From Malacoraja senta (Eukaryota), in contig CM075977.1 in assembly GCA_038087875.1 (NCBI GenBank), positions 192,944,001-193,008,000 of the forward strand: 64,000 nt of DNA, read 5' to 3'. Positions 1 through 12,544 of the stretch are shown here, piece after piece. The translations under genes and the position numbers were made by a program. The notes beneath the pieces were generated by a model. It saw nothing but the letters and a program-made list of their open reading frames with translations. It was not told the DNA's origin and ran no database searches. Position 1 is the first letter of the stretch. Every line of letters begins with the position of its first letter.

Positions 1-593
1 CCAGGGTCCTGATGCCCCACCGTTCGAGTTTAAACTAACGCCTGTTGGAGTTGTTCCAGCACCTGCCGCGACCGGGTCCGCCCACTCCCCGCGTCGGTCT
101 GCCCTCGCGTACCCTGTTGTAACCAGCACCCCGGGATCCCCGCGTCGGTCCACCCCCGGCTCCCCCGCGGTGGTCTCCCCCCACAGACCCATTGGGTCTC
201 CCGCGGTTGTACCTACCCCAGCCCTCATCTTTTCGGAGGAAAAGGGTGATGAGGCAGCCCCCTACCGCACGATGACCGGGCGGGTTAGCAGGCCACGCAT
301 TAGATAAGGCGATTTTGTTTAACCCCATTATTATTCACTCGGCTTATCGTTTAAAATGCCTTAGTTGCTTTTTCATTTCTACAAGAAGAGATGTAGATTG
401 GCTATTGCATGTTAGCCAATCAGAATGCTTAGTCATTATTACTCCGCCTAAATGTATGATTTATAGTGTAAGAACTCACCTACTGTCTTCAGTAGCTGCA
501 GTAGACTGAACGTGTGATGTACTGCTTATATGATGATGAACTAGACAATAAAGATGCTTGTGCTTTAACCTGTGTGAGACTAAGGTATTTACA
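1..593 (+). mobile_element. 3' end of a Gypsy-type LTR retrotransposon (integrase C-terminal tail, polypurine tract, 3' LTR)
   Basis: A Pro-rich frame leads to 'YRTMTGRVSRPRIR*GDFV*' (~262-321), resembling the common Gypsy pol terminus 'TRSGRxSRPPxRYxDFV*'. A purine run AAGAAGAGA directly precedes TGTAGAT...ATTTACA. Confidence 0.75.
392..593 (+). repeat. 3' LTR (~202 bp)
   Basis: Starts TG and ends CA with an imperfect terminal inverted repeat (TGTAGAT/ATTTACA). Contains CCAAT and AATAAA (547-552) and follows a PPT. Confidence 0.72.
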
Positions 594-599
594 CTTATC

Positions 600-1060
600 A
601 TGAAACCACACCTTTCACTGTAAGATCACACATCTTGCCATAACACTACACTCTCACCATTTCTCTGCATCTCTTACCATAAGAGCACATCCTTCACTGC
701 CACTGTAACATCACACCCCCACTATCGCACCACAAACCTAGCTACGGGAACATATCTGTCACCTTGATACTGCTTACTGCAATACCACATCCTGTACCAT
801 GACACCACAGCCCTCACCGGAACACTGCAACTCTCAACTTAATACCATTCCCTTATTATAAGTCTCATCACTGAATCCCACATCCCTCACCTTGACAACA
901 TTTCACCCACAGTAAAGCCGCACCCCTCACTGTAACATCACACCCCACATTGTGATTTGAGAACCCTAGCAGTAAATATGCATCACTGTAAATGAAGCTG
1001 TATCCATCACAGAGAACAAACCTCTCAGCACAGTGTCTCCCATTATTGCACCGCATCTTT
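600..1060. repeat. Degenerate C/A-rich tandem repeat
   Basis: Recurring ~21-bp-scale units such as CACCCCTCACTGTAACATCACA. Confidence 0.6.
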
Positions 1061-1077
1061 TGCAATAATTGCCCAAT

Positions 1078-1400
1078 GGCCTAGCGAGAGGAGCTGTTGC
1101 TTCATAGCTCTAGTTACCGTGTTGAATCCTGACATTGGATGGTGTCTATGTGGAATTTGCATGTTCTTCCTATGATTGTGTGTGTACCCTTGGGTACTGC
1201 AGTTTACTTCCATTTCTTAATGATGAGCTGGTAGGTTAGTTGGCCTCTGTGAATGACCCCTTAGTGTAGGTTAATGGCAGACTCATTAAAGGCGAGTTGA
1301 GAGTGTATAAACTGCAGAGAAGTAGTAAGGAAAAGTAAGTGGGAGAATGAGACTGATGGGATTGCTTTGCTGGGAACTGCCATGGACCATGGCAATGGGC
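1078..1400 (+). mobile_element. Degraded HE1-type tRNA-derived V-SINE
   Basis: tRNA-like head, then central TGTGGAATTTGCATGTTCTTCC...; similar to the copies at 8536 and 7904. Confidence 0.7.
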
Positions 1401-1639
1401 CAAATAGTCTATTTCTCTGCCATAGTGAGTGAGTAGCAACATGTTCCTTACAGTGAGAGCATATTCCTCAGTGATAAAACAGTGTCCCCAATGGTTATAC
1501 AACAGCACTCACAAAAACACTGCCGTCCTTAGTGTGAGCATCAGTACAATGTTATTTATGCACATCACTCTAATTTAAAGCTATTATATTTGATTCCCAA
1601 CTTCTCGTATGAACGTGGTGATGCTCTGCCTTCAGCTGC

Positions 1640-2390
1640 TGGAGAAAAAGTTCACCATCTACGGAGGAAGGAAAACCACGATTTAGACCCTGCGATGGGG
1701 AAGGATGAGGGACATAGTTCCAAGCCAAAATACTGTGCAACTTGGAGAGAAACTGGATAGGTGGCAATATCCCCATGCACCTGCTGCTCTGGTCATCTTG
1801 GTGGTAAAGGTTGTGGATTTGTGAAGTGCCGTTGGTGGACCTGGTCACGTTACTGCAGTGCATTTGTAAATGGATCACAATTTTCCAATGGTGGCGGAAA
1901 GTGTGCTTAGGGTGGAGGATGGGGTGTCAATCAAGTAGCCAAGATGGTGGTGTTGGAGCTGCATTTATCCAGGCAACGTGAGGAGAAGGTATTCTTTGCT
2001 GTGTGAATTGGGGGAATGGCCTTAGGGTATCCACAGATGAGTCCTGTGTTGTAGGACATCCAGCCCCTGATCTGCTTGGGCAGTCCTGATTTTTATTTGA
2101 CTCGTGCAGTTGAGTTTCAGGATGATGTTGATGGTGGAAAATCAGACCGGGATAGGTACCTGTGTGAAATTAGTTGATTGCTTCGCACTTGTCAGAGGCA
2201 TTGGTCACATAGTTGATTGCCTCTCACTTGTCAGAGGCATTGATCAGTTGCCATGACTGGACACATGATGAGAGTGTTTCTTACCATTTAATCTTAGGCT
2301 TAATCTGGCTGCTGCTTGGGTTTTGCTGCATGGAGTCATGGACTACATCATGACCTGAGGAGCTGTGAATAGAGCTGAACTATTGCTGCA
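1640..2390 (-). mobile_element. Old non-LTR retrotransposon fragment (RT C-terminal region)
   Basis: Degenerate similarity, in reverse complement, to the LINE fragment at 47270-47720. Confidence 0.4.
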
Positions 2391-3707
2391 TCTGCAGCAC
2401 AGTGTCAGTTGGGTTCCCAGTTGCCGGATTGCAGCTCCTGATTACTGTACTGTGCATTTGAAAGTTATTACTGACGCTTCAGGTTGAAAGAAACTCTGAC
2501 CTGCAAGAAATGCTCTGTCTGAGATAAATATTACAGACAGAATAATGTCCTTCAGATTCCTATCTAAATAAACTGTGCCTTTCATTTCTCAAACCAAGCC
2601 TCTGGCCAAGTTGGATTTCGGCCTCATTACCTGTCAGTCCCATTCTCACTGCAACGCATATCTCGGCGACGCAGAGGAAGTTCAACTCATTCTGTTTACA
2701 ACCCAAGGTTGGCAAAGAAAGCAGAATCTGGGCCAGGAACCCCAGAGGAAATGAACGGAGTAATTGCAACATGTATTCGTACTTTGTAGTTTTGACCATC
2801 TGAAGACAATATCTTCGTGACAATTGGGCTGCTTGAAAACACTGCTTAGAAATCTGGAGAGAGGACCAGGTCGGCCATAGGTACAGGTCGACCATAGGCT
2901 GATGTGTTTCTCCCTACTCTGTAGCTATATGCGAGAGCTTGTGCACAGCCATCTCTGCTCGACTTTGCATTCCATTTGCTTTGTTACTGCTGACACTGGT
3001 CACCAAGGCAATAGGTAAAGACTTGAAATACCTGCCTTCAGGCAGACTCAGAGGGACATGGAAAGGTCACGGCACTCTAGCAAAGTGTAATTTACAGCAC
3101 TCTTCTTGTCACACTATCCCCATGCTCTGCAGCTCCTGTATTATAAACCAGATTGATAGTGAACAACAGCTTTATAACTCAAGATGCCAAAGTACATAAC
3201 ATGCTGTTCTTGAATCATACTTTCGGGCAGGCTTTAGAATTAAGTCTTCGGGTAGCAGATGCAAAATAATACACCACCAACCCCATGAACTTTAAAGGTG
3301 TATTTTGTGCACAATTACTATTGAAGTCAATGGAAGTTTACGAAGTAAGTATGTCCTGCAATGCATTTCAAATCTACTGGCCATGGAGATAAAATGTTGC
3401 ATTCAACAGTCCTTTCCTATTGCCCAGTAGTTCAGGTTTTCAGCTGTAATATAATTGTAGTGGATAGATTGGCTGAGTCATTGGTCCATATGTTCCTTTC
3501 TCATGTAACACAATACAACATACAGCACAGAGGCAAGTATTCAGCCTGTCTGGCTTATACCATATTTCTGCTCCTCTGTCCTCTCCATTTAATCTTATCC
3601 AATGCACATTTCCTTCTATTTACTCCTTGAGAAAATTAGCAGATAACCAGGAAGCTAATGAAATATTGGGCATTGTTCCAAAGGATCTGGAGTATAGGAG
3701 CAAAGAA

Positions 3708-3854
3708 AGACACAAAGTGCTGAAGTAACTCAGCCGGTCAGGCAGCACCTCTTGAGATCCATGTCCTCCAGAGATACTGCCTAATCTGCTGAATTACTCC
3801 AGCACTTTGTGACATTTTTGTAAACTAGCATCTGCAGTTCCTTGTTTCTACTCA
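3708..3854. mobile_element. Penelope-derived fold-back mini-element inserted in an old CR1 fragment
   Basis: Inverted arms CACAAAGTGCTG(A)AGTAACTCAGC / GCTGAATTACTCCAGCACTTTGTG. Flanked by near-identical direct repeats ATAGGAGCAARGAA (3694-3707, 3855-3868). Confidence 0.75.
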
Positions 3855-3944
3855 ATAGGAGCAAGGAAGTCTTTCTACAACTGTCAAGGCTTTGGTGAAT
3901 GCGCACCATGAGGACTGTGCAGATATAGTTCACATACCTTATAA

Positions 3945-4400
3945 ACTCTCTCTCAAGATCAGTTAACATTGATAACAAAGTCAACAACAGGATAGCAAAA
4001 GCAAGTGTTGCTTTTGGCTGAGAAGTTATGTGTGGAAATGAAGAGGAATCTGCCAAATAAGCAGACTGAAGGTGTATCGTGCTGTTGTCATACCACTTTA
4101 TTCTACGCTTGCGAGACATGACAGTGTACAGTAGACTTACCAGACAGTTTAACTATTTCCACATGACCTCTCTGCACTGAATTCATATCAAGTGGCAAGA
4201 GAAGATTTTGAACACAGATTCTATCCCAAACAAACCTCCCCAGCATCTTACACATCATTAAAGAAATCACGGATCAGGTGGGCGGGCGTGTTAGAAGAGT
4301 GTCCACTATACGGAGAGCTGCTTGAGTATTAAACAATCACGTCCTGAACAGAAAATGGGATGTTCTCTTAGAACATCCCTGAAGAGTTTCAACATTTTCA
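3945..4400 (+). mobile_element. RTE (BovB-like) LINE fragment
   Basis: Decayed frames read 'SRSVNIDNKVNNRIAKASVAFG...LKVYRAVVIP...YACET', typical of the RTE post-RT region. Confidence 0.75.
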
Positions 4401-4589
4401 ACGTTTCAAACAGACCGATTCCCCAGTAATGTAAAGCGGAATTATCCCATCATGTCTAATCTGGCAGACTCACTATTGCAACATAAACGCTACACCAATT
4501 TGATCTGATTATGAGCAGGATTGTGCAAAATGTTTCTTCTGCAACCTGAGGCAGATTAGAGACCTGAGTTACACAGCTCAGAATCCGGT

Positions 4590-4930
4590 CATTCAGCCTA
4601 ATCCATCCATGCCTACCTGAGCTTATTCCCATTTGCCTGCATTTGGCCAATATCCCCCTCAATTTTTCCTATTCAGCATCTGCCTAAATATCTGTTAAAT
4701 GTTGTAATTGTAACTGCTTCCACCACTTCATCTGGCAGCTCATTCCATATACTGAACACCCTCTGTGAAAAGTTTGACCTCAGGTTCCCTTTAAATCATT
4801 TCCTTCTCACCTGAAACCTATGCCTCTAGTTCAGACTCTCTTACCCTGGGGGATTAAAAAATTGTGACCCTTCATCTTATCTAAGCCCCATATGATTTTG
4901 TGGAACCTCTATAAGGTCACCCCTTCTTCC
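4590..4930 (-). mobile_element. Degraded CR1 LINE 3' end
   Basis: Similar to CR1 3' ORF2/UTR copies elsewhere in the window (...GGCAGCTCATTCCATATAC...ACCCTCTGTGAAAA). Confidence 0.65.
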
Positions 4931-6399
4931 AGCCTATTCCATTTACATTTAATCAGATATGAATACGGGCATCACTGGGCATTATCAACTTGTCCAAGAT
5001 GGTGATGAGTTGCCTTCTTCAGCTGCTGTTTCATGTACAGTAACCCCCTACTCCCAGTGTTCTTGCTACCAAACACCCACCTGTCCACCTCGGTTTCTTC
5101 TTCCTGTTCACCATTCTCATATTCATACCCCCAGCCCCTCCCCAATTCCTATTCCCTCCCAATAAAGCATCCTCCCTTTATCTTCTAGATATCCTTGCCG
5201 TCTACTATCTTCCTCTGTCCGAATGCATGATCTTGACCTGAGATGTTGCTTTAAAACCTTTTGCCTTAACTGATCGTGCTTGGCCCACTGAGATCTACCA
5301 GCATTCACCCCCCCCCCCCCCGATTCAACATCTGCAATCTCTTTAGATCTGGTGTTACAATTGTGAAGCCTCTTAAGGTATTTCACATTATAAGTGCAAG
5401 TTGTGGTTGTCCTAAAGTACTTTGAATTTTGGTATTTCTGTTTTACTGGGCTCTAGCTCTTGGGTATTTGTCCAGAAATGTATGTAATTGAAGCAATGAC
5501 TAACAGGCAAAGAGTTAAAAAAATGTCCACCTAGGACCCTTCCTGCCAACATCTCTCAGCCTTTAAAGCTAACCTGTGTCTGAACAAACTTCTGGACTGT
5601 AGACAGCACGGAAACTGCAACTACGGAGTCACAGGTTTCATAAGAAACACATTTTGAATTGCTTTAATGGAATGTTCATTTTGGGTCCAGTGGTTTCCGT
5701 CAAATGTTGATTGAGACTTGTTTGAAGTGAAGCATTCATAGAAAGGCAGTTGTTAAATGCACACCAGCTTTGAAGTCAGTGCTTCAGCAAACACTCACTG
5801 TGGTGATGGTGAAGATTAGTGTTTGGAGATCTAATATGTTTGTAGGATGGAGTGACTCTCCCACTAATGAAAATTCATTTATTCATCTTCTTTGTCACCT
5901 GGCCCCCTTTTTTATGAGTCTACCCAACACTTTTATTATAGATTGTCATATTGTTCATAACCAAAGGTTTCCTCACCTTTCACTGCCCTTATTTATATCC
6001 TGGTTCATCCTCAGCATCAATAAATGCAAGTGGATAAAATAAATAACTCTTCAATTAGGGTTACTATTGTCATCTAGTAATCTATTGTCATCATCCCCCT
6101 CTTCTACTATAGATGAGGCTCTCACCAGGGTCTCTTCTATAACCCGTGACTCTGCTCTGCTCTCACTCCCCATCCCCCCACTCGTAAGAAGGGCAGAGTC
6201 CTCCTTGTCCTCACCTTCCACCCTACCAGCCGTCACATACAACAAATAATCCTCCAACATTTTCGCCACCTCCAACGGGATCCCACCACTGGCCACATCT
6301 TCCCATCTCCTCCCCTGTCTGCTTTCCGCAGAAACCTCTCCCTCCGTAACTCCCTGGTCAATTCGTCCCTTCCCACCCAAACCACCCCGTCTCCTGGTA

Positions 6400-6800
6400 C
6401 TTTCCCTTGCAACCGCAGAAATGCTACACTTGTCGCTTTACCTCCCCCCTTGACTCCATTCAAGGACCCAAGCAGTCTTTCCAGGTACGGCAGAGGTTCA
6501 CCTGCACCTCCTCCAACCTCATCTATTGCATCCGCTTCTCTAGGTGTCATCTGCTCTACATCGGTGAGACCAAGCGTAGGTTTGGCGATCGCTTCGCCCA
6601 ACACCTCTGCTCATTTCGCATTAACCAACCTGATCTCCCGGTGGCTCAGCACTTCAACTCCCCCCTCCCATTCCGAATCCAACCTTTCTGTCCTGGGCCT
6701 CCTCCATGGCCAGAGTGAGGCCCACCGTAAACTGGAGGAGCAGCATCTCATATTTCGCTTGGGCAGTTTACACCCCAGCGGTATGAACATTGACCTCTAA
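6400..6800 (+). pseudogene. PLE GIY-YIG endonuclease domain (frameshifted)
   Basis: IY...YIGET motif in the 6407-6718 frame; C-terminal 'RKLEEQHLIFRLGSLHPSGMNID' in the 6450-6800 frame. Confidence 0.88.
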
Positions 6801-6901
6801 TTTCTCCTGCTTTCTCCTCCCCTTCTCAGCTCTCCCTCAGCCCACTGTCTCCACCTCTTCCTTTCTTCTTCCCGCCCCCCCCCCCCCCCCCATCCTCACA
6901 T

Positions 6902-6936
6902 CAGTCTGAAGAAGGGTCTCAACCCGAAACGTTGCC
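6902..6936 (+). ncRNA. Minimal type-I hammerhead ribozyme motif in PLE pseudo-LTR
   Basis: CUGAAGA (6906-6912), stem II GGGU/ACCC, GAAA (6926-6929), palindromic ACGU stem III, GUU triplet. Confidence 0.7.
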
Positions 6937-7096
6937 TACTTCCTTCGTTCCATAGATGCTGCCTCACCCGCTGAGTTTCTCCAGCATTTCTGTCTACCAT
7001 TGTCATCTAGAATGTACTATCACTAAAAGGGCTGTAGAAGGAGATTCAATAGGAACTTACAGGAGGCAGATAGATGCAGGCTGTATTAGGAAATGG

Positions 7097-7466
7097 GAAA
7101 CATAGAAACATAGAAAATAGGTGCAGGAGTAGGCATTCGGCCCTTCGAGCCTGCACCGCCATTCCATATGATCATGGCTGATCATCCAACTCAGTATCCT
7201 GTACCTGCCTTCTCTCCATACCCCCTGATTCCTTTAGCCACAAGGGCCACATCTAACGCCCTCTTAAATATAGCCAATGAACTGGCCTCAACTACCTTCT
7301 GTGGCAGAGAGTTCCAGAGATTCACCACTCTCTGTGTTTTTCTCATCTCGGTCCTAAAGGAATTCCCCTTAATCCTTAAACTGTGACCCCTTGTCCTGGA
7401 CTTCCCCAACATCGGGAACAATCTTCCTGCATCTAGCCTGTCCAACCCCTTAAGAATTTTGTAAGT
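7097..7466 (-). mobile_element. CR1 LINE 3' end (5'-truncated)
   Basis: (TATGTTTC)n tail on the minus strand; ORF2 end 'TRGHSLRI...RVVNLWNSLP...FKRALD'. Confidence 0.92.
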
Positions 7467-7903
7467 AAGTGGAAGGGAAGAGAACTCTTTCAGATTCAGC
7501 ATTGGCCCAATGATCAGAATGTTCAAGGGTGCTGTTAAATTTAATGATGTAGGGAACTTTGATATAAAGCTTAAATGGAGTTTTCCACGAGGCATTTCCC
7601 GACGAGAGTATGGGGCAGTGTGAGAATGAGTGACTGAGTGAGTGAGAGAGAGAATGTAACTACCTTAGTTCTTGCTGTCTATGTGCTCAACTGCTGATCG
7701 TCAAACATTCTTTGAATTTGACTGTTTTGCATCCTGTTGAATATTTAACTTACAACAAACTTTATGAAGTATTCTTTTGGTTTCTGGTACCGCAGTCCCT
7801 TGTTATTCCTGTTCATGAGATTTGTTTTCTGGGTGCTTTGCGTTTGTTAATGATCAATCTTCACTCCCTGCAATGCTCACAGTGAGTGACTTTCTTTCAG
7901 AGA

Positions 7904-8217
7904 GTTTAGTTTAGATTAGTTTAGAGATACAGCGTGGAAACAGGCCCTTTGGCCCACGAAGGCTGCTTCGACCAGCGATCCCTGCCCACTAACACTATCC
8001 TACATACACTAGGGACAATTTACAATTTTACCAAGCCAATTAGCCTACAAACTTGTATGTTTGGAGAGTGGGAGGAAACCGGAGCTCCCGGGGAAAACCC
8101 ACACAGGTCACGGGGAGAACTTACAAACTTCGTACAGATAGAACCCGTAGTCAGGATCGAACCCAAGTCTCTGGCGCTGTCAGGCAGCAACTCTATTGCT
8201 GCACCACTGTGCCGCCC
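7904..8217 (-). mobile_element. Full-length HE1-type V-SINE
   Basis: Minus strand: GGGCGGCACAGTGGTGCAGC (A-box-like), GGTTCGATCC (B box), V-domain GGGAGCTCCGGTTTCCTCCCAC, CR1-like tail and (TAAAC)n. Confidence 0.85.
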
Positions 8218-8229
8218 TGACATCTGAGC

Positions 8230-9480
8230 TGATGGTTAAAGCACATGGGATCCAAAGCAAGTTGGAGAATTAGATTAAAAATTGGCTTGGTGATTGGAGG
8301 CAGTGACTAGTGATACTTTTCTGTTTTGAGGTCTGTGACCAATGGTGTACCACAGGGATTGGTGCTGCAATCCTTGTTATTTGTGATATATATTAATGAC
8401 TTAGAAGGAGTGATGTCTAAATTAGTCAATGACATGGAAGTTGGTGGTGTTGTGGATAGCAAGAAAGGTTGTCTAGAGGCTATAGCAGGATATAGATCAG
8501 ATGGAAAGTTTGGCAGTGAGGAAAGGCATATTTTTGGCGGTATAGTGGCGCAGCCCATAGAGCTGCTGTGGCAGAGTGCCAATGACCTGGATTCGATCGT
8601 GATGTCATGTGCTGTCTGTGTGGAGTTTGCACCTTCTACCTGTGACTGCATAGGGTTCTTCTGTATGCTTAGGTTTCCTCCCACATCTTAAAGACGTGCG
8701 GTTTTGTAAGTTAATTGGCCTCTTTAAATTGCCCCAAGTGCGTAGGGAGTTGATGCAAAAGTGGAATTACAGAATAAATGAGTAGTCTGTGTGGATTCGG
8801 TGATCGAAATGCCTGTTTCCATGCAATATCTTTCAATTAATGAATCAAATCAAATAGGGTAGGACAATTATATTAATTGGTAGGCCATAAAAGAACATTA
8901 ATAAAGATGGATTTTGGTGTTCAATTTCATAGTTCCCTAAAGTGGCAACACAGGTAGATAAGGTAGTGACAAAAGAACATAAAGTAAAGATTGGGATGTT
9001 ATGTTGCAATTTGTACAAAACATAAATGGAATATTGTGTACAATTCTGAATTCCACACTGGAGGAAGGATGTGTTTGTGTTGGAGAGAGGGCAGAGGAGA
9101 TTCACCAGTATGATGCCTGGATTGGAGGACTTCAGTTATTGGGAGAGATTGGATGGGCTTGTTCTGGGCTTGTTTTCCCTGCAGTGAAGGAAGTTGAGGG
9201 ACGACATGATAGAATCATATGAAATTATTGGAGGATCTGTTCGATAGTTAGAATCATTTTCCACAAGGTCCAAGTTTCAAACTCAAAAGGGTATCAGTTT
9301 AACGTGAGAGGAAATTATTTTTAAAGGGATTTGATGGGGGAAAAAATTACACAGAGAGTGGTTGATATCTGGGACTCACTGCCAGAGTTGGTGCTGGAGG
9401 TGGATGTGATCACCATGTTTAAGAGACATTTGGACACCTGCTTAAATAAGGAAAAGGAGAAAGATACAAACTTATTGCAG
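8230..9480 (+). mobile_element. Degraded CR1 LINE (RT to 3' end), interrupted by a SINE
   Basis: 'VTNGVPQGLVL..LLFVIYINDL' and 'TQRVVDIWDSLP...FKRHLD'. Confidence 0.85.
8536..8830 (+). mobile_element. HE1-type V-SINE nested in CR1
   Basis: GGCGGTATAGTGGCGCAGC head, GATTCGATC B-box-like sequence, TGTGGAGTTTGCAC V-domain. Confidence 0.8.
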
Positions 9481-10718
9481 GCCAGTGTGGTCAATGTAGT
9501 TGGACAAATGGAGCAGCAGGGATGTGGTGGCCTTGAGGACCCGATTCAGTGCCACACAGCTCCAGGACACTAGTTTGGGAAAACATGTTTCCTGGACAAC
9601 TATTATTCCTGATCTAGCTAAATGTTTCTAAAAGGTTTCCCACCACTGGCCTGTAGGTGCTTGACTTATTCTTACCCACCTTTTAAAATAAGTGAGTAAC
9701 ACCCACCTCTCCCTAATCCTCTGGCATCAGTCCTAAATCCAAAGAACTTTGAAAGATTATAGTCAGTGCAATTATTATCTATATTTCCCCCAAAATATTG
9801 TAATGTAGGCCATCTGGCCCTGATGGCATACCTACTTTAAAGTTCAGCCAACACGTCTAATACTATACTTCCTGCACTTTCCCAAGATTTCTGTGTTTTT
9901 GTTGTTTCATATTTATTCTATCCCATTCTAAAAGTTACTGTTGAATCAGCTGCCAGATCACAACAAGCCCCTGCAAAAAAACATTTCCTCACGCCTGTTT
10001 CCTTTATCTGTTTCTTTTTGTCAACCACCATAATTCTATAGTTACTGATCCACCCTCCTGCAAACTGACCGCCAGAGTACAGAAGTTTGTTTCCACAAAC
10101 CAAACTTTAATCCAAAGTGATGGTTGAAGGGATGAAAGTCAGCACCATGAAAGTACTACAGTTTCAATGTACAGTGTTCAGCCACAGAAAATAATGATGT
10201 TTACACGTGGACAAATAGCTGGAACACATTTTGTTTGTGGTCGCACGGGGACACATATTTTGGCTTTTTAGCTGAGTATTTAGGAATTGGCCTTTAGTCT
10301 CTCCATGGGAATTACTCTGTCATCATCCATCCTCTCCTACAGACTACTCACTTCACAGAGCTTGTATTGCACAGTAATAGTTTTATTCAGTAATTTTTTT
10401 TATGGGTTACTTTTTTTCGAGAGGATCACCTGGTTTTTGGTTAGTTTCCCCAGGCCACATGCTGAGATGTCAATGTCAGAGACTGTGTGTTTCTTTTGTG
10501 GATTTTAAATCCCAGCCAGATGCAGGAGGAGACTTGAAGCGGGAACACCCTCTGCAGTGCACACTGGTTGCCAACTCTTCGTTCAACTGTGGTTCCCTTC
10601 CCCTCCAATAGGAGCACCTCTGCTTTTTAATATGGTTACATCTTGAAGTTCTTTGCAAGTTTGAATCCGTTTCCTCTTTAAGTTCTGTTTTCTCAGCATT
10701 TTCCACTTTGACCAGCAG

Positions 10719-12544
10719 ACATAGAAACATAGAAACATAGAAAATAGGTGCAGGAGTAGGCCATTCGGCCCTTCGAGCCTGCACCGCCACTCAATATGAT
10801 CATGGCTGATCATCCAACTCAGTATCCTGTACGTGCTTTCTCTCCATACCCCCTGATCCCTTTAGCCACAAGGGCCACATCTAACTCCCTCTTAAATATA
10901 GCCAATGAACTGGCCTCAACTACCTTCTGTGGCAGAGAATTCCAGAGATTCGCCATTCTCTGCGTGAAAAATGTTTTCCTCAGCTCGGTCCTAAAAGATT
11001 TCCCCCTTATCCTTAAACTGTGACCCCTTGTTCTGGATTTCCCCAACATCGGGAACAATCTTCCTGCATCTAGCGTGTCCAACCCCTTAAGAATTTTGTA
11101 CGTTTCTATAAGATCCCCCCTCAATCTTCTAAATTCTAGCGAGTACAAACCGAGTCTATCCAGTCTTTCTTCATATGAAAGTCCTGACATCCCAGGAATC
11201 AGTCTGGTGAACCTTCTCTGTACTCCCTCTATGGCAAGAATGTCTTTCCTCAGATTTGGAGACCAAAACTGTATGCAATACTCCAGGTGTGGTCTCACCA
11301 AGACCCTGTACAACCCTGTAGAACCTCCCTGCTCCTATACTCAAATCCTTTTGCTATGAATGCTAACATACCATTCGCCTTCTTCACTGCCTGCTGCATG
11401 CCTACTTTTAATGACTGGTGTACCATGACACCCAGGTCTCGTTGCATCTCCCCTTTTCCTAATCGGCCACCATTCAGATAATAGTCTACTTTCCTGTTTT
11501 TGCCACCAAAGTGGATAACCTCACATTTATCCACATTATACTGCATCTGCCATGCATTTGCCCACTCACCCAGCCTATCCAAGTCACCTTGCAGCCTCCG
11601 AGCATCCTCCTCACAGCTAACACTGCCCCCCAGCTTCGTGTCATCCGCAAACTTGGAGATGTTGCATTCAATTCCCTCGTCCAAATCATTAATATATATC
11701 GTAAATAGCTGGGGTCCCAGCACTGAGCCTTGCGGTACCCCACTAGTCACTGCCTGCCATTGTGAAAAGGACCCGTTTACTCCTACTCTTTGCTTCCTGT
11801 CTGCCAGCCAGTTTTCTATCCACATCAATACTGAACCCCCAATACCGTGTGCTTTAAGTTTGTATACTAATCTCTTATGTGGGACCTTGTCGAAAGCCTT
11901 CTGAAAGTCCAGATATAACACATCCACTGGTTCTCCCTTATCCACTCTACTAGTTACATCCTCGAAAAATTCTATAAGATTCGTCAGACATGATTTACCT
12001 TTCATAAATCCATGCTGACTTTGTCCAATGATTTCACCACTTTCCAAATGTGCTGCTATCTCATCTTTAATAACTGATTCTAGCAGTTTCCCCACTACGG
12101 ACGTGAGACTAACTGGTCTGTAATTCCCCGTTTTCTCTCTCCCTCCCTTTTTAAAAAGTGGGGTTACATTAGCTACCCTCCAATCCTCAGGAACTACTCC
12201 AGAATCTAAAGAGTTTTGAAAAATTATCACTAATGCATCCACTATTTCTGGAGCTACTTCCTTAAGTACTCTGGGATGCAGCCTATCTGGCCCTGGGGAT
12301 TTATCGGCCTTTAATCCATTCAATTTACCTAACACCACTTCCCGGCTAACCTGGATTTCACTCAGTTCATCCATCTCATTTGACCCCCGGTCCCCTGCTA
12401 TTTCCGGCAGATTATTTATGTCTTCCTTAGTGAAGACAGAACCAAAGTAGTTATTCAATTGGTCTGCCATGTCCTTGTTCCCCATGATCAATTCACCTGT
12501 TTCTGACTGCAAGGGACCTACATTTGTTTTAACTAATCTTTTTC
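10719..12544 (-). mobile_element. Young 5'-truncated CR1 LINE
   Basis: 405-aa open RT frame plus C-terminal frame; (TATGTTTC)n tail. Confidence 0.96.
10819..12512 (-). pseudogene. CR1 ORF2 reverse transcriptase (one frameshift near 11300)
   Basis: Motifs KSPGPD, NYRPVSLTS, QHGF, YLDFQKAFD, GVPQGSVLGP, KFADD. Confidence 0.95.

Larger units (their letters stand above)
6078..6998 (+). mobile_element. 5'-truncated Penelope-like element (RT tail, GIY-YIG endonuclease, pseudo-LTR)
   Basis: ORF 6407-6718 reads 'KCYTC...FTCTSSNLIYCIRFSRCHLLYIGETKRRFGDRFAQHL', a GIY-YIG domain with Cys linker. Flanked by direct repeats ATTGTCATCTAG (6066-6077, 6999-7010). Confidence 0.92.

Noticed and set aside
7904-8217. 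tRNA gene
   Set aside because: A/B boxes are present but continue into a V-domain and LINE-like tail, so this is a SINE, as are the other copies.
11295-12512. 405-aa RT as a novel or domesticated gene
   Set aside because: It is a standard CR1 ORF2 fragment: 5'-truncated, frameshifted, with a near-identical sibling at 19479-20410.
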